Source: Eubacteriales bacterium
GTDB lineage: Bacteria > Bacillota > Clostridia > Oscillospirales > CAG-272
Reading direction: 5' to 3'
DNA: 51,376 nt
NCBI GenBank assembly: GCA_045658205.1
Contig: JAZOUM010000126.1
Coordinates: 1-51,376 of the forward strand
In this document: piece after piece, positions 27,251 through 35,868 of the stretch
How positions within the stretch are numbered: position 1 is the stretch's first letter
How the letters are laid out: each line of letters begins with the position of its first letter
Translations under genes and position numbers: made by a program
The notes under the pieces: model-generated
Databases searched by the model: none
Told to the model about the DNA's origin: nothing
The model's input: the letters and a program-made list of their open reading frames with translations, nothing else

Positions 27251-28606
27251 TTATTCAAGGATATCTGTTATATTGTTAAGACCTGTAACCTTTGACACGA
27301 TAACAACGGAGTCGCCGATCTCGATCGTGTCGTATCCTCGTGGTATGATAACCACTCCGTCACGGAGTATAGCGGCGATAAGCACGTTCTTTCTGAATCT
27401 TAAGCGAGAGATAGGAACTCTCGTTATAGCGGAATCCTGTCTGATGATAAACTCGGATGCCTCAACCTCGCCCTGAATGATGTTATAGAGCGTTTCCATG
27501 TTGCTTCCTTGAGTGCTTTGCGCGCTTCTTACGTAACGGATTATCATATCGGATACGATGGTCTTGGGATAGATCACCGTGTCAAGATCGAGTCTGTCGA
27601 TAACGCTGTCGTAGTCCATTCGCGTTACCTTGGTGACTATCTTGCCGCGAGTCTTTTCCTTCGCGTGCATAGACAAGATCATATTTTCTTCGTCTGAGTC
27701 GGAAAGAGCGAGGAATGCTCCCACTCTGCCGATGCCTTCCTCAGCCATGATCTGTTGATTGGTCGTGTCTCCGTTAACTACGGTAACGTGAGGGAAAGAT
27801 GAGCTCATCTCGTCACATAGCGCTCTATCCTTTTCGATAACCTTGATATTGGTCTTACTCTTTTTGAGTATGGAGCAAAGGTAGTGGGTTATCTCACCGG
27901 AGCCTACGATCATAGCACTTCTTACGCTTTGATTTCTTGAGCCGATCTTTTTGAAAAAGTCTTGTGAGCCCTCGGGAGAGGATATAATAGACACGATATC
28001 ACGAGCGGCAAATACAAAATCACCCTTTGCGATATATGCCTTATCGCCTCTTTCGATGGTGGCGAAAAGAATGTCACTCTTGTACTTCATCATAGCGTCC
28101 TTGACTGACATACCTACGATGGCGCTGTCCTCAGGGAGCTTGTACTTGAGAAGCTCGACCTTTCCCTTGCCGAAGGTCTCTATGCTAATGGCGGAGGGGG
28201 AGCGCAGTATTCTTGATATTTCCTCTGCCGCGACGTACTCGGGATTGATAACCATCGCAAGTCCGAGCTCATTTTTAAGGAACGCTGCCTCGTCGTTATA
28301 TACGTGGCTTCTTACTCTGGCGATAACCTTACAGTTGCTCGTCTTTTTCGCTACAGTACAGCAAAGGAGATTAAGCTCGTCTGAATTTGTTACGGCGATA
28401 AGCAGATCGGCATGCTCTATATCAGCCTCAGCGAGCGTGCGGTGAGAAGCGCCGTTGCCTACTATACCCATAGCGTCAAACTTATCCGTGAGTGATTTTA
28501 CGTTTTCATAAAGCTTGTCTATGACGGTTACGTTGTTTCCGTCCTTGATGAGCCTTTCGGTAAGGTTTTGTCCAACCTGACCGCAGCCTACGATTATAAT
28601 ATTCAT
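27251..28606 (-). CDS. trkA: Trk system potassium uptake protein TrkA (tandem RCK/NAD-binding domains)
   Basis: 451 aa. Rossmann motif IIVGCGQVGQNL at the N-terminus and a second one, MIVGSGEITHYL, mid-protein. Confidence 0.9.
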   Translation of the reverse strand: MNIIIVGCGQVGQNLTERLIKDGNNVTVIDKLYENVKSLTDKFDAMGIVGNGASHRTLAEADIEHADLLIAVTNSDELNLLCCTVAKKTSNCKVIARVRSHVYNDEAAFLKNELGLAMVINPEYVAAEEISRILRSPSAISIETFGKGKVELLKYKLPEDSAIVGMSVKDAMMKYKSDILFATIERGDKAYIAKGDFVFAARDIVSIISSPEGSQDFFKKIGSRNQSVRSAMIVGSGEITHYLCSILKKSKTNIKVIEKDRALCDEMSSSFPHVTVVNGDTTNQQIMAEEGIGRVGAFLALSDSDEENMILSMHAKEKTRGKIVTKVTRMDYDSVIDRLDLDTVIYPKTIVSDMIIRYVRSAQSTQGSNMETLYNIIQGEVEASEFIIRQDSAITRVPISRLRFRKNVLIAAILRDGVVIIPRGYDTIEIGDSVVIVSKVTGLNNITDILE

Positions 28607-28639
28607 AATTCCTCCGCAGAAGATTTTACATATACTATT

Positions 28640-28668
28640 ATTTTAAACTTATTAAAAGTATTTGTCAA
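28640..28668 (-). promoter_or_regulatory. Sigma-A type promoter of the trkA-trkH-permease operon
   Basis: On the minus strand: TTGACA (28668..28663), 17-nt spacer, TAAAAT (28645..28640). Confidence 0.6.
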
Positions 28669-28682
28669 GTGGAGAAGGATAA

Positions 28683-29651
28683 TCAGCTAAAGAGTTTTTT
28701 TAAGTTTTTGCGCATTGCAAGGGGAGTAACGCCGTATCTGGATTTGAATTCACGGTGAAAATATGACTCGTTTTCATATCCAACGCTACGAATTACGTCG
28801 CCTATAGACATCTCTGTACTAATGAAAGCGAATTTTGCTCGCTCCATTCTTTCATCTACTATAAGCTCCTTGAAGCTCTTGCCGAATATCTCGGGTATGA
28901 TTTTTGACAGGTACGGAACGCTCAGATACAGCCTCTCGCTAAGCTCCGATAAGGTAGCCGTACGATAGCTTGATCTTACGTATGAAAGTATTTGTATGCG
29001 TCTTAGATCCTCTTTATCCGCTATCAGATTTCCATCGCGCAAAAGTTCGCGGTTTTCGATAGACAAATAACGCATAAGAAGCGACACGGTACCCGTCATA
29101 ACCCCCGTATCCTCGTCTTTTTCGGTAAGCGCGAACAGCATATTTTCAATGATATTCTCGATATATTTTCTTCCGTCTGTACGGAATGCGAGATAGATAG
29201 GTAAGCCGTCCTTTTTCGAGTTTTCCTTGATAAGTGATGAAAATACAGTGCCGGACATTTCTGCCGCAACACCATCGATGAATCTATCCGACATAATGAT
29301 ATTTACGCCTATATCCTCCTTGCCGGAGCGATGGATAGAATGGGATACGTGCTTGTTCATAAGCAGGATCTCACCTTTATTTAAGGTAAGCTCCTTGCCG
29401 TCTATCTCGTGCGTTATACTGCCCGATAGAACGATCATCATTTCTACGTAATTGTGCTTGTGAATGGGGAAGTCCACGTATCTCGTGTGAGTTCTCGCGC
29501 TTATAGATCGCCTCTGACCGAACAGTCTTGCCTCGTTTATAACGAATTCCGAGCCACCCGTGTAGATTTTTCGGTTGAGAAGCTCGCCGTTCAGTATACC
29601 CGACTCCTCCTCGCTCTCGCACGATAGCATGTCAAGTAAATGCTTTTCCAT
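28683..29651 (-). CDS. AraC-family transcriptional regulator (cupin plus HTH), probable rhamnose regulator
   Basis: Start chosen at 29651 (AGAGGA RBS; MEKHLL). N-terminal cupin-like sensor (FPIHKHNYVEM). C-terminal AraC HTH (VGYENESYFHREFKSRYGVTPLAMR). Divergent from rhaB. Confidence 0.8.
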   Translation of the reverse strand: MEKHLLDMLSCESEEESGILNGELLNRKIYTGGSEFVINEARLFGQRRSISARTHTRYVDFPIHKHNYVEMMIVLSGSITHEIDGKELTLNKGEILLMNKHVSHSIHRSGKEDIGVNIIMSDRFIDGVAAEMSGTVFSSLIKENSKKDGLPIYLAFRTDGRKYIENIIENMLFALTEKDEDTGVMTGTVSLLMRYLSIENRELLRDGNLIADKEDLRRIQILSYVRSSYRTATLSELSERLYLSVPYLSKIIPEIFGKSFKELIVDERMERAKFAFISTEMSIGDVIRSVGYENESYFHREFKSRYGVTPLAMRKNLKKLFS

Positions 29652-29834
29652 ATTTTGTCCTCTGACGTTAGATTTATAGCTTAATTTTAACATAAGACGA
29701 TCAAAAAATCAATACAAAATATTAAATTAAGACAGTTTTTAGAATAATTTTGTGCCTTGTTCAATGTTAATATGTATGTTATAGTATAGGTGTAATGCTT
29801 TTTATATAATTTGACTAAAGAAAGGACTATGGAT

Positions 29835-31148
29835 ATGAAATACTATCTTGCCATTGATATCGGCGCTTCGAGCGGCAGACATATTGTCGGTTGGCTTGAG
29901 GACGGCGCGCTTATGACGGAAGAGGTATATCGTTTCCCCAACGGTATGGATACTGTGGACGGACATCTCGTTTGGGACAGCGACAGACTCTTGCGCGAGG
30001 TTATCGCAGGTACTGCCGAGGCATTCAAGAAGTACCCGAGCATCGAGTCTCTCTCTATCGACACGTGGGGCGTTGATTACGTTCTGTTAAAGGGTGAGAA
30101 GGAGGTTACTCCTACCTACGCTTACCGTGACTCGAGAGTGGACGGACCTATCGAGGAGGTGCATTCTATCATCCCCTTCGCCGAGCTCTATGAAAGAACG
30201 GGCATTCAGTTCAATAAGTTCAATACGATATATCAGCTCTATGCAGATAAGCTTGCCGGCAGACTTGACGGTGTTACCGACTTCCTTATGATACCCGAGT
30301 ACCTTATGTACAAGCTTACAGGTAATAAGGTAAAGGAGTTTACCAACGCGACTACCGCAGGACTTATCAATGCGGACACACTCGGCTTTGACAGCTATAT
30401 CTTCGACAAGCTCGGACTTCCTAAGGCGCTCATCAGCGAGGTACATCAGCCCGGCGCTCTTGTCGGTAGACTCACCCCTGAGGTTGAGGCACAGGTTGGC
30501 GGCAATCTCGACGTTGTGCTTTGCGCGACTCACGACACCGGATCTGCGGTTGAGGCTATCGAGATGCAGACCGACGCTCCCTATATTTCAAGCGGTACAT
30601 GGTCGCTCCTCGGCGTTAAGACTCCGAGAGCCTTGACCGATGCTAAGAGCCGTGAGAGCGGTTACTCAAATGAGGGTGGCGTAGGCTATAATAGATATCA
30701 AAAAAATATCACGGGTATGTGGATAATCCAGAGTTTACGTAAGGAAATGTGCCCTGAGACATCCTATGGCGATATCGCCGATATGGCGGCAAAGAGCAGC
30801 TTCTCCGAGATCTTCGACGTAAACGACGACGCGTTTATGGCTCCCGACAGTATGAAGGACGCTATCAAGGATTATCTTGTAGCTCACGGAAAGCCCGCTC
30901 CCGAGACTATGGCTGATTATTTCAACGCATCCTACGTAAGCCTTGCTAACGGCTATAAGGAGGCTATCGCGGATCTTGAGGCTAATACCGGTAAGACCTA
31001 CACCGAGCTTTACATAGTAGGCGGCGGCGCAAAGAACGGTTATCTCAACGACCTCACCGAAAAGGCTACAGGCAAAAAGGTAGTGGCGCTTCCAATCGAG
31101 GCTACCGCTATCGGTAATATGATGATTCAAATTAAAAGAAGTAAATAA
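29835..31148 (+). CDS. rhaB: Rhamnulokinase
   Basis: FGGY-kinase N-terminus YLAIDIGASSGRHIVG and overall RhaB-like sequence. Start is 29835 (better RBS spacing) or 29829. Followed 2 nt later by rhaA. Confidence 0.85.
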   Translation: MKYYLAIDIGASSGRHIVGWLEDGALMTEEVYRFPNGMDTVDGHLVWDSDRLLREVIAGTAEAFKKYPSIESLSIDTWGVDYVLLKGEKEVTPTYAYRDSRVDGPIEEVHSIIPFAELYERTGIQFNKFNTIYQLYADKLAGRLDGVTDFLMIPEYLMYKLTGNKVKEFTNATTAGLINADTLGFDSYIFDKLGLPKALISEVHQPGALVGRLTPEVEAQVGGNLDVVLCATHDTGSAVEAIEMQTDAPYISSGTWSLLGVKTPRALTDAKSRESGYSNEGGVGYNRYQKNITGMWIIQSLRKEMCPETSYGDIADMAAKSSFSEIFDVNDDAFMAPDSMKDAIKDYLVAHGKPAPETMADYFNASYVSLANGYKEAIADLEANTGKTYTELYIVGGGAKNGYLNDLTEKATGKKVVALPIEATAIGNMMIQIKRSK

Positions 31149-31150
31149 TT

Positions 31151-32395
31151 ATGGCAAACTACGAATACGCAAAGGCGGCGTACGCTAAGTACGGCGTTGA
31201 CACCGACAAGGCAATTGAGATCCTTAAGAACGTTCCCGTAGCAGTTCACTGCTGGCAGGGCGATGACGTTACCGGCTTTGATAGCAGAGAGGCTCTCTCC
31301 GGCGGTATCCAGACCACCGGTAACTATCCCGGCAAGGCTACCACTCCCGCAGAGCTTATGGCTGACTTTGAGAAGGCGATGTCTCTTGTTCCCGGCGCAA
31401 AGAAGCTTAATCTTCACGCTTGCTACGCTATCTTTGAGGATGGCGATAACACCGGCAGAGACGCGATCGAGCCCAAGCATTTCGCTAAGTGGGTAGAGTT
31501 TGCAAAGGCGCACGGTATGGGACTTGACTTCAACCCCACCTTCTTCGCTCATCCTATGGTAAAGGACAATCTCACTCTTTCCTCTCCTGATGAAGAGACT
31601 CGCGCTTACTGGGTAAGACACGGTCAGGCTTGTCTTAAGATAGCGGAGTATATGGCTACCGAGACAGGTATGCCCTGCGTTATGAACATTTGGATTCCCG
31701 ACGGATACAAGGATATTCCCACCGATAGACTCGCTCCCAGAGCAAGATTTAAGAAGTCTCTTGACGAGATCCTCGCCGTTGACTACGACAAGTCCAAGGT
31801 TTACGTTACCCTTGAGTCCAAGGTATTCGGTATCGGACTTGAGTCCTACACCGTAGGCTCCGCAGAGTTCTGCCTCTCCTATTCCGACAGCAAGGGCATC
31901 ACTCCTCTTATGGATAACGGTCACTATCATCCCACCGAGGTTGTTTCCGACAAGATCTCCTCTCTCCTTCTCTTCAATGAGAAGATCGCTCTTCACGTTA
32001 CCAGATGCGTAAGATGGGATTCCGACCACGTTATCATTCTTGACGACGAGACTAAGGAAATCGCAAAGGAGATCGTTAGAAACGACGCTCTTGACAGAGT
32101 GTTCATCGCTCTTGATTACTTTGATGCTTCTATCAACCGTGTTGCCGCTTGGGTAGTCGGCGCGAGAAATATGCAGAAGGCTCTTCTTAACGCTCTTCTT
32201 CTTCCTCACGATATGCTTAAGAAGTATCAGGATGAGGCTAACTATACCAAGATGCTCGCTCTTCAGGAAGAGTTCAAGACCTTCCCCTTCGGCGAGGTAT
32301 GGGACGAGTACTGCAAGTCCTGCGGCGCTCCTGTTGGTATGGATTGGATCGACGAGGTTGACACCTACGAAGCAGAGGTTCTCTCTAAGAGATAA
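31151..32395 (+). CDS. rhaA: L-rhamnose isomerase
   Basis: 414 aa. N-terminal YAKYGVDTDKAIEILKNVPVAVHCWQGDDV and the HYHPTE metal-site region are typical of RhaA. Confidence 0.9.
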   Translation: MANYEYAKAAYAKYGVDTDKAIEILKNVPVAVHCWQGDDVTGFDSREALSGGIQTTGNYPGKATTPAELMADFEKAMSLVPGAKKLNLHACYAIFEDGDNTGRDAIEPKHFAKWVEFAKAHGMGLDFNPTFFAHPMVKDNLTLSSPDEETRAYWVRHGQACLKIAEYMATETGMPCVMNIWIPDGYKDIPTDRLAPRARFKKSLDEILAVDYDKSKVYVTLESKVFGIGLESYTVGSAEFCLSYSDSKGITPLMDNGHYHPTEVVSDKISSLLLFNEKIALHVTRCVRWDSDHVIILDDETKEIAKEIVRNDALDRVFIALDYFDASINRVAAWVVGARNMQKALLNALLLPHDMLKKYQDEANYTKMLALQEEFKTFPFGEVWDEYCKSCGAPVGMDWIDEVDTYEAEVLSKR

Positions 32396-32453
32396 TTAAA
32401 GCCGAAAAGGTAAAATGAAATAAAATAGCCAATATTTGTAATCTTTGGTTAGC

Positions 32454-32497
32454 AAAAAGAACGGATTTTATTGTGAAATCCGTTCTTTTTTATTTTT
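32454..32497 (+). terminator. Rho-independent terminator after rhaA
   Basis: AAAAAGAACGGATTT / AAATCCGTTCTTTTT stem followed by a T-run. Confidence 0.85.
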
Positions 32498-32605
32498 TAA
32501 TCCATCAAAAATAACTCGCTGATTTATTTTTGGATATTGCTTCGTATGTTGTTCTCTTTGTCAAATATACCAAAAATACGTAGTATTTATTGGTAAAGTG
32601 AATAA

Positions 32606-32635
32606 TTGACAAATATACTCAGACGGTGATATAAT
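32606..32635 (+). promoter_or_regulatory. Extended -10 sigma-A promoter of the giant-lipoprotein genes
   Basis: TTGACA (32606..32611), 18-nt spacer ending in TGA, TATAAT (32630..32635). Confidence 0.6.
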
Positions 32636-32639
32636 TGAT

Positions 32640-32658
32640 TTACAATTTATAATTGTAA
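32640..32658. promoter_or_regulatory. Perfect palindrome (candidate operator) at the predicted transcription start
   Basis: TTACAATT-TAT-AATTGTAA: 8-bp arms with a 3-bp centre, starting 5 nt after the -10 hexamer and ending 2 nt before the RBS. Confidence 0.4.
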
Positions 32659-32670
32659 AGGAGAAAAAAT

Positions 32671-35600
32671 ATGAAAATCTCAAGACGTTTGCTTCGCGCT
32701 GTAACCGTTTTGGTTACCTTGCTTATCTTTGTGTTCGCGTTTTCTTCCTGCGACACAGTAAAAAATACGTTCGACAAGATAACCGGTAAGCACGAGCATG
32801 AATACACCGCAAAGGTGACTGATCCCACTTGTAGGGAAGAGGGCTTTACTACCTATACCTGTTCGTGTGGTGAAAGCTACAAGGACGATTACGTTCCCGT
32901 ACGTCACAACACGATTTCTTACGAGGGTAAGGCGCCCACCTGTACCGAGAAGGGATACGCAGATTATGAGGTGTGCTTAAGATGTGATTACAATTCATAT
33001 AAATCTCTCCCTGCTCTTGGACATAATTATGAGGAAAAGGTAACTAAATTCCCCACCACGCTTTCAGAGGGTACTCTCAGTAAGATATGCGAGGAATGTG
33101 GATTATACACGGATAAGCCCATCAGCACCGTTAACTTCACACTCCCCGGAGTTGCAAAGACTTTCAAGGAGCTTGTAGGCGCAAATACCACCGTGGTTAA
33201 CGCAAGAGATACCGACCTCATCATCGTAAAGGAGCTTGATAACGGTAGCTCTGTATCCGAGAGAAAGCAGTTCGTTGCTATAGATCTCGCGTATCTCAAG
33301 ATTGACGGCGAGGCGGAAGCATTCTACGCTATTATGCACTTAGATCTCGGTGTCGCAACATACGAGAATATGACGGAGGGAACAGTTCCTTCCTTTGATG
33401 ATCAGATAGTTATAGACGTTGTTGTTCTCGGTGAAGAGGTGTTTGTGACTATTGAAGAGGACGGTGAAGTAAATGAAGAGCAGGTAAATCTTTCTGAGCT
33501 CTTCTATGATAGCCTTGCTTCATCTCTTAACGTCAGCGACGAGCAACTCAACGAGCTCCTCTATATGTACAGTGAACTTGCAGAAAAATTCCCGATCGCA
33601 GAAGCGCTTTTGGGCGTTGAGGTAACAGATCTCGAGGATGCTATCAAGGTTGTTTTCGACGCGCTCGTCGTTGAGGATGACAACGGCTACTACCTTGACG
33701 TTACCGAACTTGCCAACCTCGTGCTTTCGCTTGAAGGCAGAAGCGTGGCTGAGCTTATCGACGCGGCATTTGGTGAGGGTACTGTAGAAAAGCTTGAGGA
33801 TACAGCTCTTTCTCTCCCCGATCTCAAGATCAGAGAGATTGCCGATTACGTAGTTGAGATTTCCGAGGAGTTCGGCATCGATACAGATGATCTTTACGCG
33901 CTCGTAAACTACGTGGTCTTTAATTCTACCGGCACGGAGTTCAATATTGAGTCCGAGATCATAACACGCTACGATAAGACTCTCGTTGAGGTTATAGCAG
34001 AGCTTTCCGATAGTGACGCTGAGGATGTAAGAGACGATATTATCTCCGGCATCAACGAGGTTGTAGACACTATAAATGAGTCGGATATCGATGCAATTTA
34101 CAGGCTTTTAGTCGACACCGCAGACGACTTCTCCATTACAGAGTCGTTAGCAGCCGCTATTGCGGAGGTCGCTCAGTATATAGACTTGTCCTGGACGTAT
34201 AACGGCGACAAGCTTAGTTCTTTAGATTTCGAGCTTAACTTAAATGATAATCTCTTCAACCTCACCGTAAGCGGTGAGGTTAGCGGAGAGTTTGAAATCC
34301 TCTTCGGTTTATATGACGGCGCAGATAAGTTTGCGGCAGATCTCTTGCTTAACGGTGAGATGCGCTACACCGATAACGGCGCCGATGGCAAGACCTTTGA
34401 AATCGAGGTTTATGAGGGAGATGAAAGAATCGCTCTTGTAGAAATCGTGACAAAGGAAACCGAAAACGGACTTTCCGTAACTTATAATATCGAGGGCTTG
34501 ACCCTTACCTTTAATAAGAAGGAATATACGGGTGGTGGAAGCGTGTCTGATTCCGATGATGAACCCGTTTATTACGACGGCAGTGAGGTAACCATCACCT
34601 TCTATCACACCATGGGATATAGACTTCAAAACGTTCTTGAAGAATATATCGCGCAGTTTAACGAGCTTTATCCCGATATCACAATCAAGCATGAGTCTCT
34701 TGGTGACTACAACGGCGTTCGCGATCAGATCAAGACAGAGATCTCCGTTGGTAACCAGCCCAACCTTGCTTACTGCTATCCCGACCACGTTGCTCTTTAC
34801 AATATAGCAAACGTTGTTCAGACTCTTGACGCATATATCGATGATCCTTACATTGGTTTTACACAGGCAGAGCTTGATGATTTTATAGACGGCTTCTACG
34901 ATGAGGGCAGATCCTACGGTGACGGCAAGATGTATTCTCTTCCTCTTTCAAGATCCACCGAGGTTCTTTACTACAACAGAAGCTTCTTTGAGGAGCACGG
35001 ACTCACCCCTCCCACTACTTGGGAGGAGATGGAGGACGTTTGCCGTAGAATAAAGGAGATAGCTCCAACCTCTATTCCTCTCGGCTACGACTCGGAGGCA
35101 AACTGGTTCATCACCATGTGTGAGCAGTACGGCTCTCCCTACACCTCGGCTACCGGTGAAAACTTCCTCTTCAACAACCAGACTAATATCGATTTCGTTA
35201 CCGAGTTCCGTAGCTGGTATAAGGATGGCTTGGTAACCACGCAGGATCTTTTAGGCGGTTATACGTCTGATATCTTTACCACCTCGAATTGTTATATGGT
35301 TATCGGCTCCAATGCCGGCGCTTCATATCATCAGCCCAGCTACAATTACAATGGATACGAGTTTGAGGTAGGTATCACCTCTATTCCTCAGGTAAATCCC
35401 GAGCAGCCCAAGGTTATCTCTCAGGGGCCCTCTCTTTGTATCTTCAAGAAGGACAATCCCCAACAGGTTGCGGCAACATGGCTCTTTGTTAAGTTCCTAA
35501 CCACAAACGCAGATTTCCAGGCAGAGTTCTCTATGAGCAGCGGATATATGCCGGTTATAAGATCTGTCAAGGATAATCCCGTTTACGCAGAGTTCCTTGC

Positions 35601-35826
35601 AAGCGCAAGTACGGCTAATATAAACGCTTACTCTCTCAGCGTAGCATTGGCTCAGGAGGATGCATACTTTGCTTCTCCCGCCTTCAACGGCTCTTCCGTT
35701 GCTCGTGATCAGGTAGGTTTGCTTATGCAGAGGTGCTTCACACTTCCGAATACCGACGTTGAGGCGGCGATCAGAAAGGCATTTGAAGATGCTTTTGCGG
35801 AGTGCAAATATCAGAGCGGTCAGTAA
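32671..35826 (+). CDS. Giant lipoprotein: Cys-rich N-terminal modules plus a shared uncharacterised module, with a C-terminal family-1 ABC solute-binding domain
   Basis: AAGGAG RBS. Signal peptide with lipobox FSSC. From about aa 640 a sugar-type SBP pattern appears (ITFYHTMGYRLQNVLEEYIAQFNELYPDITIK ... GSNAGASY ... FKKDNPQQVAATWLFVKFL). Confidence 0.8.
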   Translation: MKISRRLLRAVTVLVTLLIFVFAFSSCDTVKNTFDKITGKHEHEYTAKVTDPTCREEGFTTYTCSCGESYKDDYVPVRHNTISYEGKAPTCTEKGYADYEVCLRCDYNSYKSLPALGHNYEEKVTKFPTTLSEGTLSKICEECGLYTDKPISTVNFTLPGVAKTFKELVGANTTVVNARDTDLIIVKELDNGSSVSERKQFVAIDLAYLKIDGEAEAFYAIMHLDLGVATYENMTEGTVPSFDDQIVIDVVVLGEEVFVTIEEDGEVNEEQVNLSELFYDSLASSLNVSDEQLNELLYMYSELAEKFPIAEALLGVEVTDLEDAIKVVFDALVVEDDNGYYLDVTELANLVLSLEGRSVAELIDAAFGEGTVEKLEDTALSLPDLKIREIADYVVEISEEFGIDTDDLYALVNYVVFNSTGTEFNIESEIITRYDKTLVEVIAELSDSDAEDVRDDIISGINEVVDTINESDIDAIYRLLVDTADDFSITESLAAAIAEVAQYIDLSWTYNGDKLSSLDFELNLNDNLFNLTVSGEVSGEFEILFGLYDGADKFAADLLLNGEMRYTDNGADGKTFEIEVYEGDERIALVEIVTKETENGLSVTYNIEGLTLTFNKKEYTGGGSVSDSDDEPVYYDGSEVTITFYHTMGYRLQNVLEEYIAQFNELYPDITIKHESLGDYNGVRDQIKTEISVGNQPNLAYCYPDHVALYNIANVVQTLDAYIDDPYIGFTQAELDDFIDGFYDEGRSYGDGKMYSLPLSRSTEVLYYNRSFFEEHGLTPPTTWEEMEDVCRRIKEIAPTSIPLGYDSEANWFITMCEQYGSPYTSATGENFLFNNQTNIDFVTEFRSWYKDGLVTTQDLLGGYTSDIFTTSNCYMVIGSNAGASYHQPSYNYNGYEFEVGITSIPQVNPEQPKVISQGPSLCIFKKDNPQQVAATWLFVKFLTTNADFQAEFSMSSGYMPVIRSVKDNPVYAEFLASASTANINAYSLSVALAQEDAYFASPAFNGSSVARDQVGLLMQRCFTLPNTDVEAAIRKAFEDAFAECKYQSGQ

Positions 35827-35868
35827 TATTTAGGAAAAATATCGTAAATACATCAAAGGAGAGACAAT

